45,733 bases of DNA from Thermoplasmatales archaeon ex4484_6 (lineage in GTDB: Archaea > Thermoplasmatota > Penumbrarchaeia > Penumbrarchaeales > Penumbrarchaeaceae), in assembly GCA_002254385.1 (NCBI GenBank), contig NJDO01000001.1, positions 1 to 45,733 on the forward strand. The letters are read 5' to 3'. Positions 27,815 through 36,786 of the stretch are shown in pieces (position 1 is the stretch's first letter; every line of letters begins with the position of its first letter). Position numbers and translations under genes: made by a program. The notes under the pieces were generated by a model. It was not told the DNA's origin, did not search any database, and saw only the letters and a list, made by a program, of their open reading frames with translations.

Positions 27815-28504
27815 ATGATAAGCGAGAGGGCCGCGGTCCACGAGAACGTTGAAATGGGCAAGGAATGCATTGTGGAGGACTTTGCGGTGATCGGAGCGCC
27901 TGTCATGGGGGAAGAGACGAACCCGAGAACGATTATAGGTGACGGGGCCGTGATCCGTTCTCACACCGTGATCTATGCCGGGAATGTCATAGGCAGAGGG
28001 TTCCGGACCGGAAACAAGACGAACATAAGGGAATTCAACAGGATAGGGGATGATGTCAGCATAGGCACCCTTTCCGTGGTGGAGCATCATGTGACGATCG
28101 GAAATGGTGTAAGGATCCATTCCCAGGCGTTCATTCCCGAGTTCTCCCGGCTCGAGGACGGGTGCTGGATAGGTCCGAATGTGGTCCTGACCAATGCCCG
28201 GTATCCCAATTCACCCCGTACAAAGGAGCATCTGGAAGGCGTTGTAGTGGGAAGAGGTGCCGTTGTGGGGGCAAATGCCACACTGCTTCCGGGAATAGAG
28301 CTGGGAGAGAACAGCCTGGTGGGAGCCGGCTCCGTCGTTTCCAGGGATGTGCCCCCCCATCGGATAGTTGCCGGAAATCCCGCAAGACCCATCGGTTGGG
28401 CCTGTGAATGCGGGATGCCCCTGAGGAAGGGGGATGTCATGATATGCCCCGGGTGCGGTAACAGGTATGCCCTGGATGGGAAGGAGAAGATCCGCCCGTT
28501 GTGA
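27815..28504 (+). CDS. Hexapeptide-repeat sugar N-acetyltransferase (WbpD-like) with C-terminal Zn-ribbon
   Basis: Left-handed beta-helix repeats, IGPNVVLTN, GANAT, GAGSVV..DVP, GNPAR, then CECG...CPGCG. Confidence 0.85.
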   Translation: MISERAAVHENVEMGKECIVEDFAVIGAPVMGEETNPRTIIGDGAVIRSHTVIYAGNVIGRGFRTGNKTNIREFNRIGDDVSIGTLSVVEHHVTIGNGVRIHSQAFIPEFSRLEDGCWIGPNVVLTNARYPNSPRTKEHLEGVVVGRGAVVGANATLLPGIELGENSLVGAGSVVSRDVPPHRIVAGNPARPIGWACECGMPLRKGDVMICPGCGNRYALDGKEKIRPL

Positions 28505-28591
28505 CCCTCTTTGACAGGGGCATCTTTATAGGATTGGCAGGTATTCCACTGCCGATCCACGCCTTCGTGGTCCCGAAAGGAGGCATTCCCG

Positions 28592-29680
28592 ATGAAGGTT
28601 GAACTGAACAGGATGTTCGTGAATGACAGGATAAAGGAATCCGTTCTCTCCGTGCTCGAGTCGGGGAGGTACGTCAAGGGGCCGATGGCAGCCGAGATGG
28701 AGAGAAAATTCGCCTCCATGGTGGGGTCCCCCTTCGCCGTGAGCTGCTCGTCGGGATCCACCGCCCTGATGCTTGCCTTCAGGGCCCTTGGTCTCGGCCC
28801 CGGAGACGAGGTCCTCATGCCCTCGCACACCTTCGTTGCATCCCTGAACGGATTCTACCATTACGGGGCGAGACCCGTTTTCGTGGACGTGGACCCGGAA
28901 ACAATGACCATGGACCCGGAGAAAGCTTCCGATGCCGTAACGGATTCCACGAAGGCGGTTCTACCCGTTCACATATACGGCCACCCTGCGGACATGGGAG
29001 CCTTCGTCGACCTTGCCGAGGACAGGGAGATAGCCCTGATAGGTGATGCGGCCCAGGCACACGGTGCCGCATACAGGGGCACCGACGTGGGTGCCATCGG
29101 GGACATGACATGCTACTCCTTCTTCCCCTCCAAGATAGTGACCGTGGGAGGCGAGGGGGGGATGATCACATGCGAGGACGAGGAGCTCTACCTGAACCTC
29201 CAGGCCCTGAAGAATCACGGACGTTACGAGGGTGAACGCGACATATCCTCGATGCCGGGGTTCAATTTCAGGCTTCCCGAGATTCTGGCATCCATCGGCA
29301 TCGTGCAGCTGGAGCACATGGAATCATGGATAGAGAGAAGAAGGGAGATAGCAAAAAGGTACAGCAGGGAGCTCGAAGGGGTGGGCGATACGAGGGTGCC
29401 CGTTGAGAGGGATTGGGCCAGACACGTCTATTACCTCTATGTCATCAGGACCTCGAGAAGGGACGAGCTGAGGACCCACCTTAAGAACAGGGGGATCTCG
29501 ACCGGGATCCACTATCGCGTACCCGTTCATCGGATGCCATACATCGAGGGGAGATGGGAGCTTCCGGAAACGGAGTCGCTCGTGAACGAGATTCTGTCCC
29601 TTCCCATGCATCCCCTCCTGACGCCGGAGGAGCAGGATGCGGTCATAGAAGCGGTGCTGGACTTCTTCCGCAGCTCGTGA
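28592..29680 (+). CDS. DegT/DnrJ/EryC1/StrS PLP sugar aminotransferase (WbpE-like)
   Basis: SSGSTAL, PGDEV, PVHIYG, DAAQAHGA, SFFPSK (PLP Lys), GEGG, LSLPMHP. Confidence 0.92.
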   Translation: MKVELNRMFVNDRIKESVLSVLESGRYVKGPMAAEMERKFASMVGSPFAVSCSSGSTALMLAFRALGLGPGDEVLMPSHTFVASLNGFYHYGARPVFVDVDPETMTMDPEKASDAVTDSTKAVLPVHIYGHPADMGAFVDLAEDREIALIGDAAQAHGAAYRGTDVGAIGDMTCYSFFPSKIVTVGGEGGMITCEDEELYLNLQALKNHGRYEGERDISSMPGFNFRLPEILASIGIVQLEHMESWIERRREIAKRYSRELEGVGDTRVPVERDWARHVYYLYVIRTSRRDELRTHLKNRGISTGIHYRVPVHRMPYIEGRWELPETESLVNEILSLPMHPLLTPEEQDAVIEAVLDFFRSS

Positions 29681-29732
29681 GTCCGGAGGACTCGGGGGCG
29701 GGTTTAAATATGCAACTTCCGTTAGAGCGCCG

Positions 29733-30833
29733 ATGTCGGAAGGTGATGTAAGGTTCGCCGTTATCGGTTACGGGAACATAGGTTCCAGACATGTGGCCTT
29801 TCTGAGTGAGGTGGAGGGAGCGGTCGTCCACTACGTCTGTGATAAGGATGAGGAGAGGGCGAAAAAGGGCGCGGAGATGGCGGGATGCAGGCACTGCACC
29901 GACATTCGGGAGGTCCTTGACGATGATGATGTGGACGTTGTGGACATATGCACCCCGTCGGGGCTCCATGCCGACATGTCGGTTATGGCCATGGAGGCGG
30001 GCAAACATGCCCTCTCCGAGAAACCCATGGCGCTGTCTTTGAAGGATGCCGACAGGGTAATAGAGGCGGAGAGAAGGACCGGCAGGAAGTATTTTCTCGT
30101 GAAACAGAACCGTTACAATCCTCCCGTTGCAGCGCTGCGTGAAATGCTGGATACGGGAAGGATGGGCGAGGTATTCCTGATATCATCCGATGTTTTCTGG
30201 AACAGGAGGAGGTCCTATTACGAGGATTCGAAATGGAGGGGCACTCTCGAACTGGACGGAGGTGCCCTCTTCACACAGTCCTCCCATTTTGTCGATCTGA
30301 TAATATGGATAGGTGGAAAACCCGTCAGGGTGGAGGCGTTCATGGAAAACGTGGACCATCCGTACATCGAGACCGAGGACACCGGGACCATCAGGATGGA
30401 GTTCGAGAACGGAGCCGTGGCCGTGATGAACTACACAACGGCAGCCTTCGGTCAGAACCTGGAAGGTTCCATCACCGTTCTCGGAAGGAAGGGCTCCATC
30501 AAGGTGGGGGGGAAATACCTGAACGAACTGACGGAATGGAATGTGGAGGGCGTGGAGAGACCCGAGCTTCCTCCCGGCAGGCCCCCCAACACCTACAAGG
30601 GCGGGTACCAGGGTTCCATGTCCAATCATGACAAGGTTCTCAGGAACGTCGTGGAGACCCTGAGGGGTAACAGCCGCATAGCGGTGAACAGCACCGAGGG
30701 ACGGCTCACGGTCGAGGTCATGCAGGCGGCACACATCTCCGCACTGGAGAGAAGACCCGTCGAGCTTCCCCTGAGGGGAAAGGATGAGGATTTCGAGCTG
30801 TCAAGGGCTCCCCCATTCCCAAGGAGAAAGTAG
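29733..30833 (+). CDS. Gfo/Idh/MocA oxidoreductase (WbpB-like sugar-nucleotide 3-dehydrogenase)
   Basis: IGYGNIG, ICTPSGLH, EKPMAL, QNRYNP, WRGT..LDGG..Q.SH..D, ETED; TTTAAATA upstream. Confidence 0.88.
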   Translation: MSEGDVRFAVIGYGNIGSRHVAFLSEVEGAVVHYVCDKDEERAKKGAEMAGCRHCTDIREVLDDDDVDVVDICTPSGLHADMSVMAMEAGKHALSEKPMALSLKDADRVIEAERRTGRKYFLVKQNRYNPPVAALREMLDTGRMGEVFLISSDVFWNRRRSYYEDSKWRGTLELDGGALFTQSSHFVDLIIWIGGKPVRVEAFMENVDHPYIETEDTGTIRMEFENGAVAVMNYTTAAFGQNLEGSITVLGRKGSIKVGGKYLNELTEWNVEGVERPELPPGRPPNTYKGGYQGSMSNHDKVLRNVVETLRGNSRIAVNSTEGRLTVEVMQAAHISALERRPVELPLRGKDEDFELSRAPPFPRRK

Positions 30834-30857
30834 GCCCCGTCATCGTGTCCGACTCCT

Positions 30858-31517
30858 TCACCCCTCCATATTATTTGACGCGGATCCCATTATGATCTCC
30901 CGAAGTTCTCTCCAATCGCTCCAGGGGATGCAGACCCTCCCGCTCCTTCTGCACAGCTCCAGGAGGCGGTCCCTGGCAAAAACCACATCAGCTATTCTTG
31001 ATACGCACTCGTCCGTGGTCCCGTCACCTATGAAGATGACCTGCTCATTTTCCCTCTTCAGTCTCTCGTAATGTGCGCACTTGCAGTTTGCATTGATGGG
31101 GCACCCTTCCCTCCTGTGATCGAAATGTATCTCCCATCCATTCTCCGATGGAACCGTCCTGTTGGAGGTCCACGGGATCCATTCGAGGCCCCAGTGCTCG
31201 AGAAGGACCTCTATGGTCCAGCCGAATCCGTCCGAACATATCTCGAGGTGTATGCCCTCTTCCCTGCACCCGAGTGCGAACTCCCTGAACCCTTCCCTCA
31301 TCCCGATATTCTCCCTGAGGAATGCGGAAGCTTCCTCCTCTCCGACCTTGACCATCCCTGCCTGGAGCTTCAGGGCCTCGAGGATCGTGATCTCGTGGGT
31401 ATAGGCCCTCTCCTCGATGCTCCTCCAGTCACCCTCACCGAACCTCTCCAGTATGGCATACGATGCATCACGGGTGGTGATGGTCCCGTCGAAATCGCAA
31501 AGGACCGCCAATCTCAT
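30858..31517 (-). CDS. HAD-IB phosphatase (MtnX-like)
   Basis: MRLAVLCDFDGTIT (DxD), SDGF, CKC, IGDGTTD, ADVVFAR. Confidence 0.88.
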   Translation of the reverse strand: MRLAVLCDFDGTITTRDASYAILERFGEGDWRSIEERAYTHEITILEALKLQAGMVKVGEEEASAFLRENIGMREGFREFALGCREEGIHLEICSDGFGWTIEVLLEHWGLEWIPWTSNRTVPSENGWEIHFDHRREGCPINANCKCAHYERLKRENEQVIFIGDGTTDECVSRIADVVFARDRLLELCRRSGRVCIPWSDWRELREIIMGSASNNMEG

Positions 31518-31640
31518 GGGGGGTCGAATGGCATCATTCCCATATATCCGTATGGATGCCCGTTTCCGAATGGCCCGACCCGCACCTTTGGACATAAGAG
31601 ATTTATACCAATTCCTGCGTTGAAAAGCCGGGGTCCTCAA

Positions 31641-34604
31641 ATGACTCGCTTCGTACCCGCAATCATAACGTCACTCGTCATAATGCTGCTTCTTCCTCCC
31701 GTCGCGGTCGGAAGGAGCTCCACCGAAGGCTCCCCTCTCGCCCTGGAGCCACTGGACGATCCGGAGCTTCCCCCCGTAGGTTTCTACAGGGGGGTGCTTC
31801 CCAATCCGCATCCCGGCCAGAGCTTCGAGGAGGTGTACGGGAACGTATCCCTCCATTCCCAGTTCGTCCCCGTTTGGGGAAAGCCATCTCCCTTCTACAA
31901 CATGTCCGACGACCTGTCCGGGAGCTGGGGATCCTATTTCGTTGACACACTGATCAGGGGAAACGGGATGTTCCCCCTAATCCACATGAATTTCTACGGG
32001 GCGGGGATGTCCCTCTCCACTCCTCCCGACCTGTCAGGAGCCGCGCTCAATGACACGTCGTGGAGGCAGAGGTACGTGGAGTCCGTGAAATCGGTGGTGA
32101 ACGCATCGAGACCCCTCTATCTATCGGTGGGGAACGAGGTGAACCGATGGTTCGAGACATACGGGCTGAACCGATCCGACGGAATGGGTTTCGAGCACTT
32201 CGTATCACTTTACAATGAGGTCTACGACTCGGTGAAATCCCTCTCACCGGGAACCATAGTCTTCTGCACCTTCGCAAGGGAAATTGTCGCGGAGCACAGG
32301 GAAGCCAACATGTCCGTTCTTTCCCTTTTCGACCCGTCAAGGCTGGACATGCTAGTACTGACGACGTATCCTTACTCCGTCCAGGGGATCAACAGCGTCT
32401 CCGACATACCCGATGATTACTATTCGTCCGCATTCGATAACATCGCTGACATGCCGTTCGGCCTGTCAGAGGCGGCATGGCCCTCGCTCTCCCAGTTCGG
32501 AGGGGAGGACGGACAGGTGAGCTTCATCGAGAACATGACGGGGAGGCTCACCCTGGACCAGGGTCTTGACATGAAGCTTCTGGGGTGGCCGTGGCTCCAC
32601 GACATAGGTCCCGCCGACGCCACCGGACTGAGGTTCAGTGACGGGACGGCGAAGAAGGCACTCTCGGCATGGAAGATGAATGACCCCCCCTCTTTCGTTC
32701 CCGGGAACAGAACAATCTCCCTGCCCGAGGATTTCGGATACTATGCCTACCCGCTGAACAATACGTTCTTCGATACCGACCCGGGGGATGAGCTCTCCTA
32801 CTTTCTGTGGAACGGGACGTCGTACACGAACCTGACCAACACCTCACTGTTCAGGGCAGAGATAAGGGGAGGCGAGCTTCTTCTTGGATCCCTGGAAAAT
32901 GTATCCGGGACCTACATGCTCCGCGTTATGGCCCGGGACAGGATGCGGGAGACCAACTGGACCTTCATTCAGGTCCGGGTCCTCGAGATCAACGATCCCC
33001 CCGCACTTCTCGATGGTCAGGGAAATGTCACATTCAACGAGGGTTTCACGCAGTTCATGGACCTGTCCCATCTCATAACCGACTGCGATGACGCGCTGTC
33101 CGAGCTCGAGATCACTGTCATTTCGGCCGAGCATCTGGTAACCATCATTCACATGACCCCGGACCCTTTCATGTACCTCTATTCGGAGGATCCGGAATGG
33201 TTCGGGGAGACCTCCCTTCTCCTTCGCGTTGTTGATACCGGCGGGGAGGGTGTCGTTCTGAACATCAGCGTGACCATACTGCCCGTGGAGGACGCTCCGG
33301 TCCTGATGATACCGAACGTGATAGACATGACCGAGGATGTCGGGAGGACATTGAACGTCTCCGCATGGTGGAGCGACCCCGACCCGGGTGAGGTCCTTGA
33401 GGTCACGGTCAATGTATCCGGCGGAAAAGTGGGACTGGAGCCCTATCTTGACATCGCGAACGGAACCATGGAACTTGTACCGGATCCGGATGTGTGGGGC
33501 ACATTTTTCCTGAATGTGACGGTTTCCGACGGCGAACTGAACACCACGGGAAGGATAGAGGTGAGGATAGAGGGTGTCAACGATCCGCCGAGAGCAGAGG
33601 ATCCGCCCCCCCTCCGACTTGTTGAGGATGAGACATACCTCTTCGATCTGGATTCCATCTCCCCGATCGACGTCGAGGGTGAAACGATATTCTTCTCCCT
33701 TGCAAACGGCTCGGATCTCATCCGTACCGTGAGCTTCCCGGAGAACGGGACCATGAAAATTGTACCGTTCCCGGACGATTTCGGGGCCGGGGAGCTCACG
33801 GTTTCCATGCGGGACGCGAGCGGGGGGATCGCATTTCTGGTATTCCATTTCAACATAACGGCCGTCAATGATCCCCCCTTTCTCATGACCCCCGAGAACT
33901 GGACCGTCTACCTGAAGAGGGGGGAGGAGAGAAGAATTGACCTTTCGGGATACCCGTTCATATTCGAGGATGTGGATGATGCCCCATCCGACCTGGTACT
34001 CCACTGCGGCAGCGGATGGTGCAGTGTCAACGGTTCATGGGTCACGATCCGCGTTCCCGAGTCAACGAACGTGAGCGATGTGAACATAAGCTTCCGGTTG
34101 GAGGACCCGTCCGGAGCGCTTTCCGAGATACGCTCCCTTCATCTTGTGGTGCTGGACCCACTCGTGGAGGGGCCGCAGCTTTCGATAGGGAACATGACGG
34201 TGGACCAGGATGGAGGGGACCTTATCGTTAGGGCGAACGGGGATGAGGGGCAGGAGATATGGGTGGTGGTAGTGCTCGGCAACGTGACCCTCTCGAGAAG
34301 GCTCGTGGAGGACGAGAACACTCCCGGTACCTATTATCTGAGGTGGAAGGACATCCCTATATCGGATGACGGGGATATCATCGTTTATCTGTCCCGGGAG
34401 GAGGGAGGAGAGAACGATTCTCCCCTGGAACCTCTGGTTTTCGGCTTCCATGCTCGTGAGATCGTGGAGGACGGAAACGGAGGCGGGTCTGATACCGGCC
34501 GGGTCTGGTTGGTGTATCTGGGCATCGCCCTACTGTTGCTGATAGTAATGTTCTTCATACTCAGATACAGGTCTCCCAGGGAGGATGTGACCTCGGAGGA
34601 GTGA
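31641..34604 (+). CDS. Membrane-anchored clan GH-A glycoside-hydrolase-like domain + cadherin/Ig-like repeats
   Basis: Signal peptide MTRFVPAII (31641); SVGNEVN (acid/base) and LSEAAWPS (nucleophile); repeated (I/V)NDPP and D.D..L motifs; TM + RYRSPREDVTSEE. Confidence 0.8.
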   Translation: MTRFVPAIITSLVIMLLLPPVAVGRSSTEGSPLALEPLDDPELPPVGFYRGVLPNPHPGQSFEEVYGNVSLHSQFVPVWGKPSPFYNMSDDLSGSWGSYFVDTLIRGNGMFPLIHMNFYGAGMSLSTPPDLSGAALNDTSWRQRYVESVKSVVNASRPLYLSVGNEVNRWFETYGLNRSDGMGFEHFVSLYNEVYDSVKSLSPGTIVFCTFAREIVAEHREANMSVLSLFDPSRLDMLVLTTYPYSVQGINSVSDIPDDYYSSAFDNIADMPFGLSEAAWPSLSQFGGEDGQVSFIENMTGRLTLDQGLDMKLLGWPWLHDIGPADATGLRFSDGTAKKALSAWKMNDPPSFVPGNRTISLPEDFGYYAYPLNNTFFDTDPGDELSYFLWNGTSYTNLTNTSLFRAEIRGGELLLGSLENVSGTYMLRVMARDRMRETNWTFIQVRVLEINDPPALLDGQGNVTFNEGFTQFMDLSHLITDCDDALSELEITVISAEHLVTIIHMTPDPFMYLYSEDPEWFGETSLLLRVVDTGGEGVVLNISVTILPVEDAPVLMIPNVIDMTEDVGRTLNVSAWWSDPDPGEVLEVTVNVSGGKVGLEPYLDIANGTMELVPDPDVWGTFFLNVTVSDGELNTTGRIEVRIEGVNDPPRAEDPPPLRLVEDETYLFDLDSISPIDVEGETIFFSLANGSDLIRTVSFPENGTMKIVPFPDDFGAGELTVSMRDASGGIAFLVFHFNITAVNDPPFLMTPENWTVYLKRGEERRIDLSGYPFIFEDVDDAPSDLVLHCGSGWCSVNGSWVTIRVPESTNVSDVNISFRLEDPSGALSEIRSLHLVVLDPLVEGPQLSIGNMTVDQDGGDLIVRANGDEGQEIWVVVVLGNVTLSRRLVEDENTPGTYYLRWKDIPISDDGDIIVYLSREEGGENDSPLEPLVFGFHAREIVEDGNGGGSDTGRVWLVYLGIALLLLIVMFFILRYRSPREDVTSEE

Positions 34605-34661
34605 GAACCCGGGATCGGATTGACAGGTCTCATCATCGGGGAGGAAGTATCGCGCCGATCT

Positions 34662-35486
34662 CTACTTGATGTAGCTGAGGGTGTAGCTTCCCCTGATATC
34701 GAATCCCCTGTCGGAGAAGCTGTACTCCACCCATTTATTGGACTTCACCCCTTCGAGCCCCTTGACCATGATGAAGTATCTTCCCATCTCCTCCTTCAAC
34801 GTGAGGCTTCCGTCAACGGAGTTCTCTATCGCGCTGATCTCCTCCTGCTTGTGGATTCCTCCCGCAAGATCGAAGATGGCAATACCATTGTATGCCTTTA
34901 TCTTCGTCGAGATGGCGTTTACGAAATCGATGGTCCTGTTCAGGCCGTGGGTCCTGAGTATGGATGAGAGCGAATCGAATATGACCCTGTGGTAGAAGTA
35001 GTTCTCGCTGTAGGTGCTTTCGAATCTCTCGATGGCCTTCGAAAGAGCCTCCAGGTCGCCAACGCCTTTCAGGTAAAGTGCGAAAGGGTTCTTCCCCATC
35101 AGTCCGACGGTCTTGGCGTGACAGTCCACGTATGAGACCAGGCCCGCCCTTTCGCGGTCCTCCAGCTTGGGGTCCATCTCCACGATCCTCTTCCTGAACT
35201 TTGACGTTGTATAGTGTGTCAGAACGATCAGGGACGGAATGCCGAACCTGATACCCTCCGCGATGAACTGGGTCAGAAGAACATCCTTTCCGATGAAGGC
35301 GGGTCCCTGAAGAACCGACACGGTCCTGAAGGGAAATCCTCCACCCATGAGATCATCCAGCCTTCTGCCGCCGCTTCCGGCCTTTCTGGCCTTTCCGGCG
35401 GCCTTCTTCACCTTTCTCACAGGTTTTCCTGGATTTCCCTGGTTCGGGTTCATCCGGTCCATGTTCCCACTCTGTCCTGCATGCAT
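34662..35486 (-). CDS. KaiC/RAD55-like RecA-fold protein with atypical Walker A
   Basis: LDDLMGGGFP, GPAFIGKD, VIFDSLSS, VDG; start uncertain (several in-frame ATGs). Confidence 0.8.
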   Translation of the reverse strand: MHAGQSGNMDRMNPNQGNPGKPVRKVKKAAGKARKAGSGGRRLDDLMGGGFPFRTVSVLQGPAFIGKDVLLTQFIAEGIRFGIPSLIVLTHYTTSKFRKRIVEMDPKLEDRERAGLVSYVDCHAKTVGLMGKNPFALYLKGVGDLEALSKAIERFESTYSENYFYHRVIFDSLSSILRTHGLNRTIDFVNAISTKIKAYNGIAIFDLAGGIHKQEEISAIENSVDGSLTLKEEMGRYFIMVKGLEGVKSNKWVEYSFSDRGFDIRGSYTLSYIK

Positions 35487-35604
35487 CCTGATGCCTCTAC
35501 ATCATCACTCCTGCTGAGGGTATCATCCATGCGATATTTCATCAACGGGAGGTTACTATATAATCATAACGAGAAAATTCCATGTGGTGTGGAATATCGT
35601 TAGA

Positions 35605-36618
35605 TTACTGGATTCCCAATGCCTTGTTTGTTTTTTCTATGGATTCCATGTTGTCCTCGGTGATCCTGAACATTGCCCTGATGCAGTCGATGTTCTCCGG
35701 AACAACGTCGGATTCCTGGTGAATGGCCTGATAATAGTATAGATGATCTCCGACGACATGCACTCCATCCTTCCAGACGATTATCTCGTTCAGATCCGAT
35801 CTTTCCCTGAGAAGGTCCCTTGCCATCTCCATTATCTGGGCCGTGGATTCGATGCCTTCTCCCCCGTTCACGAATCTCACCCTGGGGGTTTCTTCCCATA
35901 TGGAAAGGACCTCCTCCGTGGAGGACTCCCTCTTCAACCTGACGACGATCGAATGCAGATGCATGAGGGTTGTGGGAACCGCAACGGCCATCGTGTCGAT
36001 GTCGATGCCGTGAATGACTGTCTTCAGGTCAGGGCCGTGATGCGATGGTACCTTGAGGACGGGGACTATGGCGTTCACGGGCCCCTTCTTCGAATTGTTC
36101 GGGTCCGGCCCCCTTCTGACCATGGTGGCGTAGACCTTATCGATCCCGATCCTGTCGAAGATGGGATAGAGCGTCCTTGTCAATCCCGTTGTATTGCAGG
36201 ATACCACCCTCGTGTGGTCGACACCCAGATTCTCGCTGTAATTGGAGAGGGCGTTGAAGGACATGCCGATCATCCCGTGTTTCTCCCCTCCCTGGAATAT
36301 CGATTTCACACCGGCCTTCCTGTATGTTTCCAGATGCTCCGCTCCCTTCTTTCCGGGGGTGCAGTCCACGACGACATCGCATTTGCCGAGAAGATCGCTC
36401 AGCGTCCCCTTGATGGGAATCCCCGTATCCTCGAACCTCTTCAGGTTCTCATCGATGGCGCAGTAGAGATCATAACCCTTGTCGATGGCCATTCCAGCCT
36501 CGTAGGTGGGTCTTGTCTTTGTCACTCCCACGATCTCCATATCATCCTGCTTCGATACGGCATCCGCAACCCTTTTTCCGATCGTACCATACCCGTTGAC
36601 AGCAACCTTGATGGTCAA
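35605..36618 (-). CDS. gap: Glyceraldehyde-3-phosphate dehydrogenase, archaeal type II
   Basis: VNGYGTIGKRVADAV, FQGGEK, VVSCNTTGL (catalytic Cys), SHHGPD, AIHQES.VVPENID; GGTGAT RBS before TTG. Confidence 0.97.
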   Translation of the reverse strand: MTIKVAVNGYGTIGKRVADAVSKQDDMEIVGVTKTRPTYEAGMAIDKGYDLYCAIDENLKRFEDTGIPIKGTLSDLLGKCDVVVDCTPGKKGAEHLETYRKAGVKSIFQGGEKHGMIGMSFNALSNYSENLGVDHTRVVSCNTTGLTRTLYPIFDRIGIDKVYATMVRRGPDPNNSKKGPVNAIVPVLKVPSHHGPDLKTVIHGIDIDTMAVAVPTTLMHLHSIVVRLKRESSTEEVLSIWEETPRVRFVNGGEGIESTAQIMEMARDLLRERSDLNEIIVWKDGVHVVGDHLYYYQAIHQESDVVPENIDCIRAMFRITEDNMESIEKTNKALGIQ

Positions 36619-36786
36619 TTCATCACCACTTACCCTTATTCGGGACCCCGATATAAACGTATTCCAGGCGGGGTGAGGAGACCGATCTCACTTTGAGCGG
36701 ATCCATGACGGATGCGGCATGGGAACCCGCCGGGAACATCCGTGAGGCAAGAAAGCTTTATCCGGGGAAGGGTTCATGTAAGGAGG

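Noticed and set aside
31071..31640. 190-aa N-terminal extension of the GH-A protein ORF
   Set aside because: Antisense to the HAD phosphatase; the signal peptide starts at ATG 31641
35450..35530. 26-codon ORF (MDDTLSRSDD...) after a TATA box, ending in an ATGA overlap with an in-frame ATG of the KaiC-like gene
   Set aside because: Too short and featureless to distinguish from chance; only noted as making the KaiC-like start uncertain
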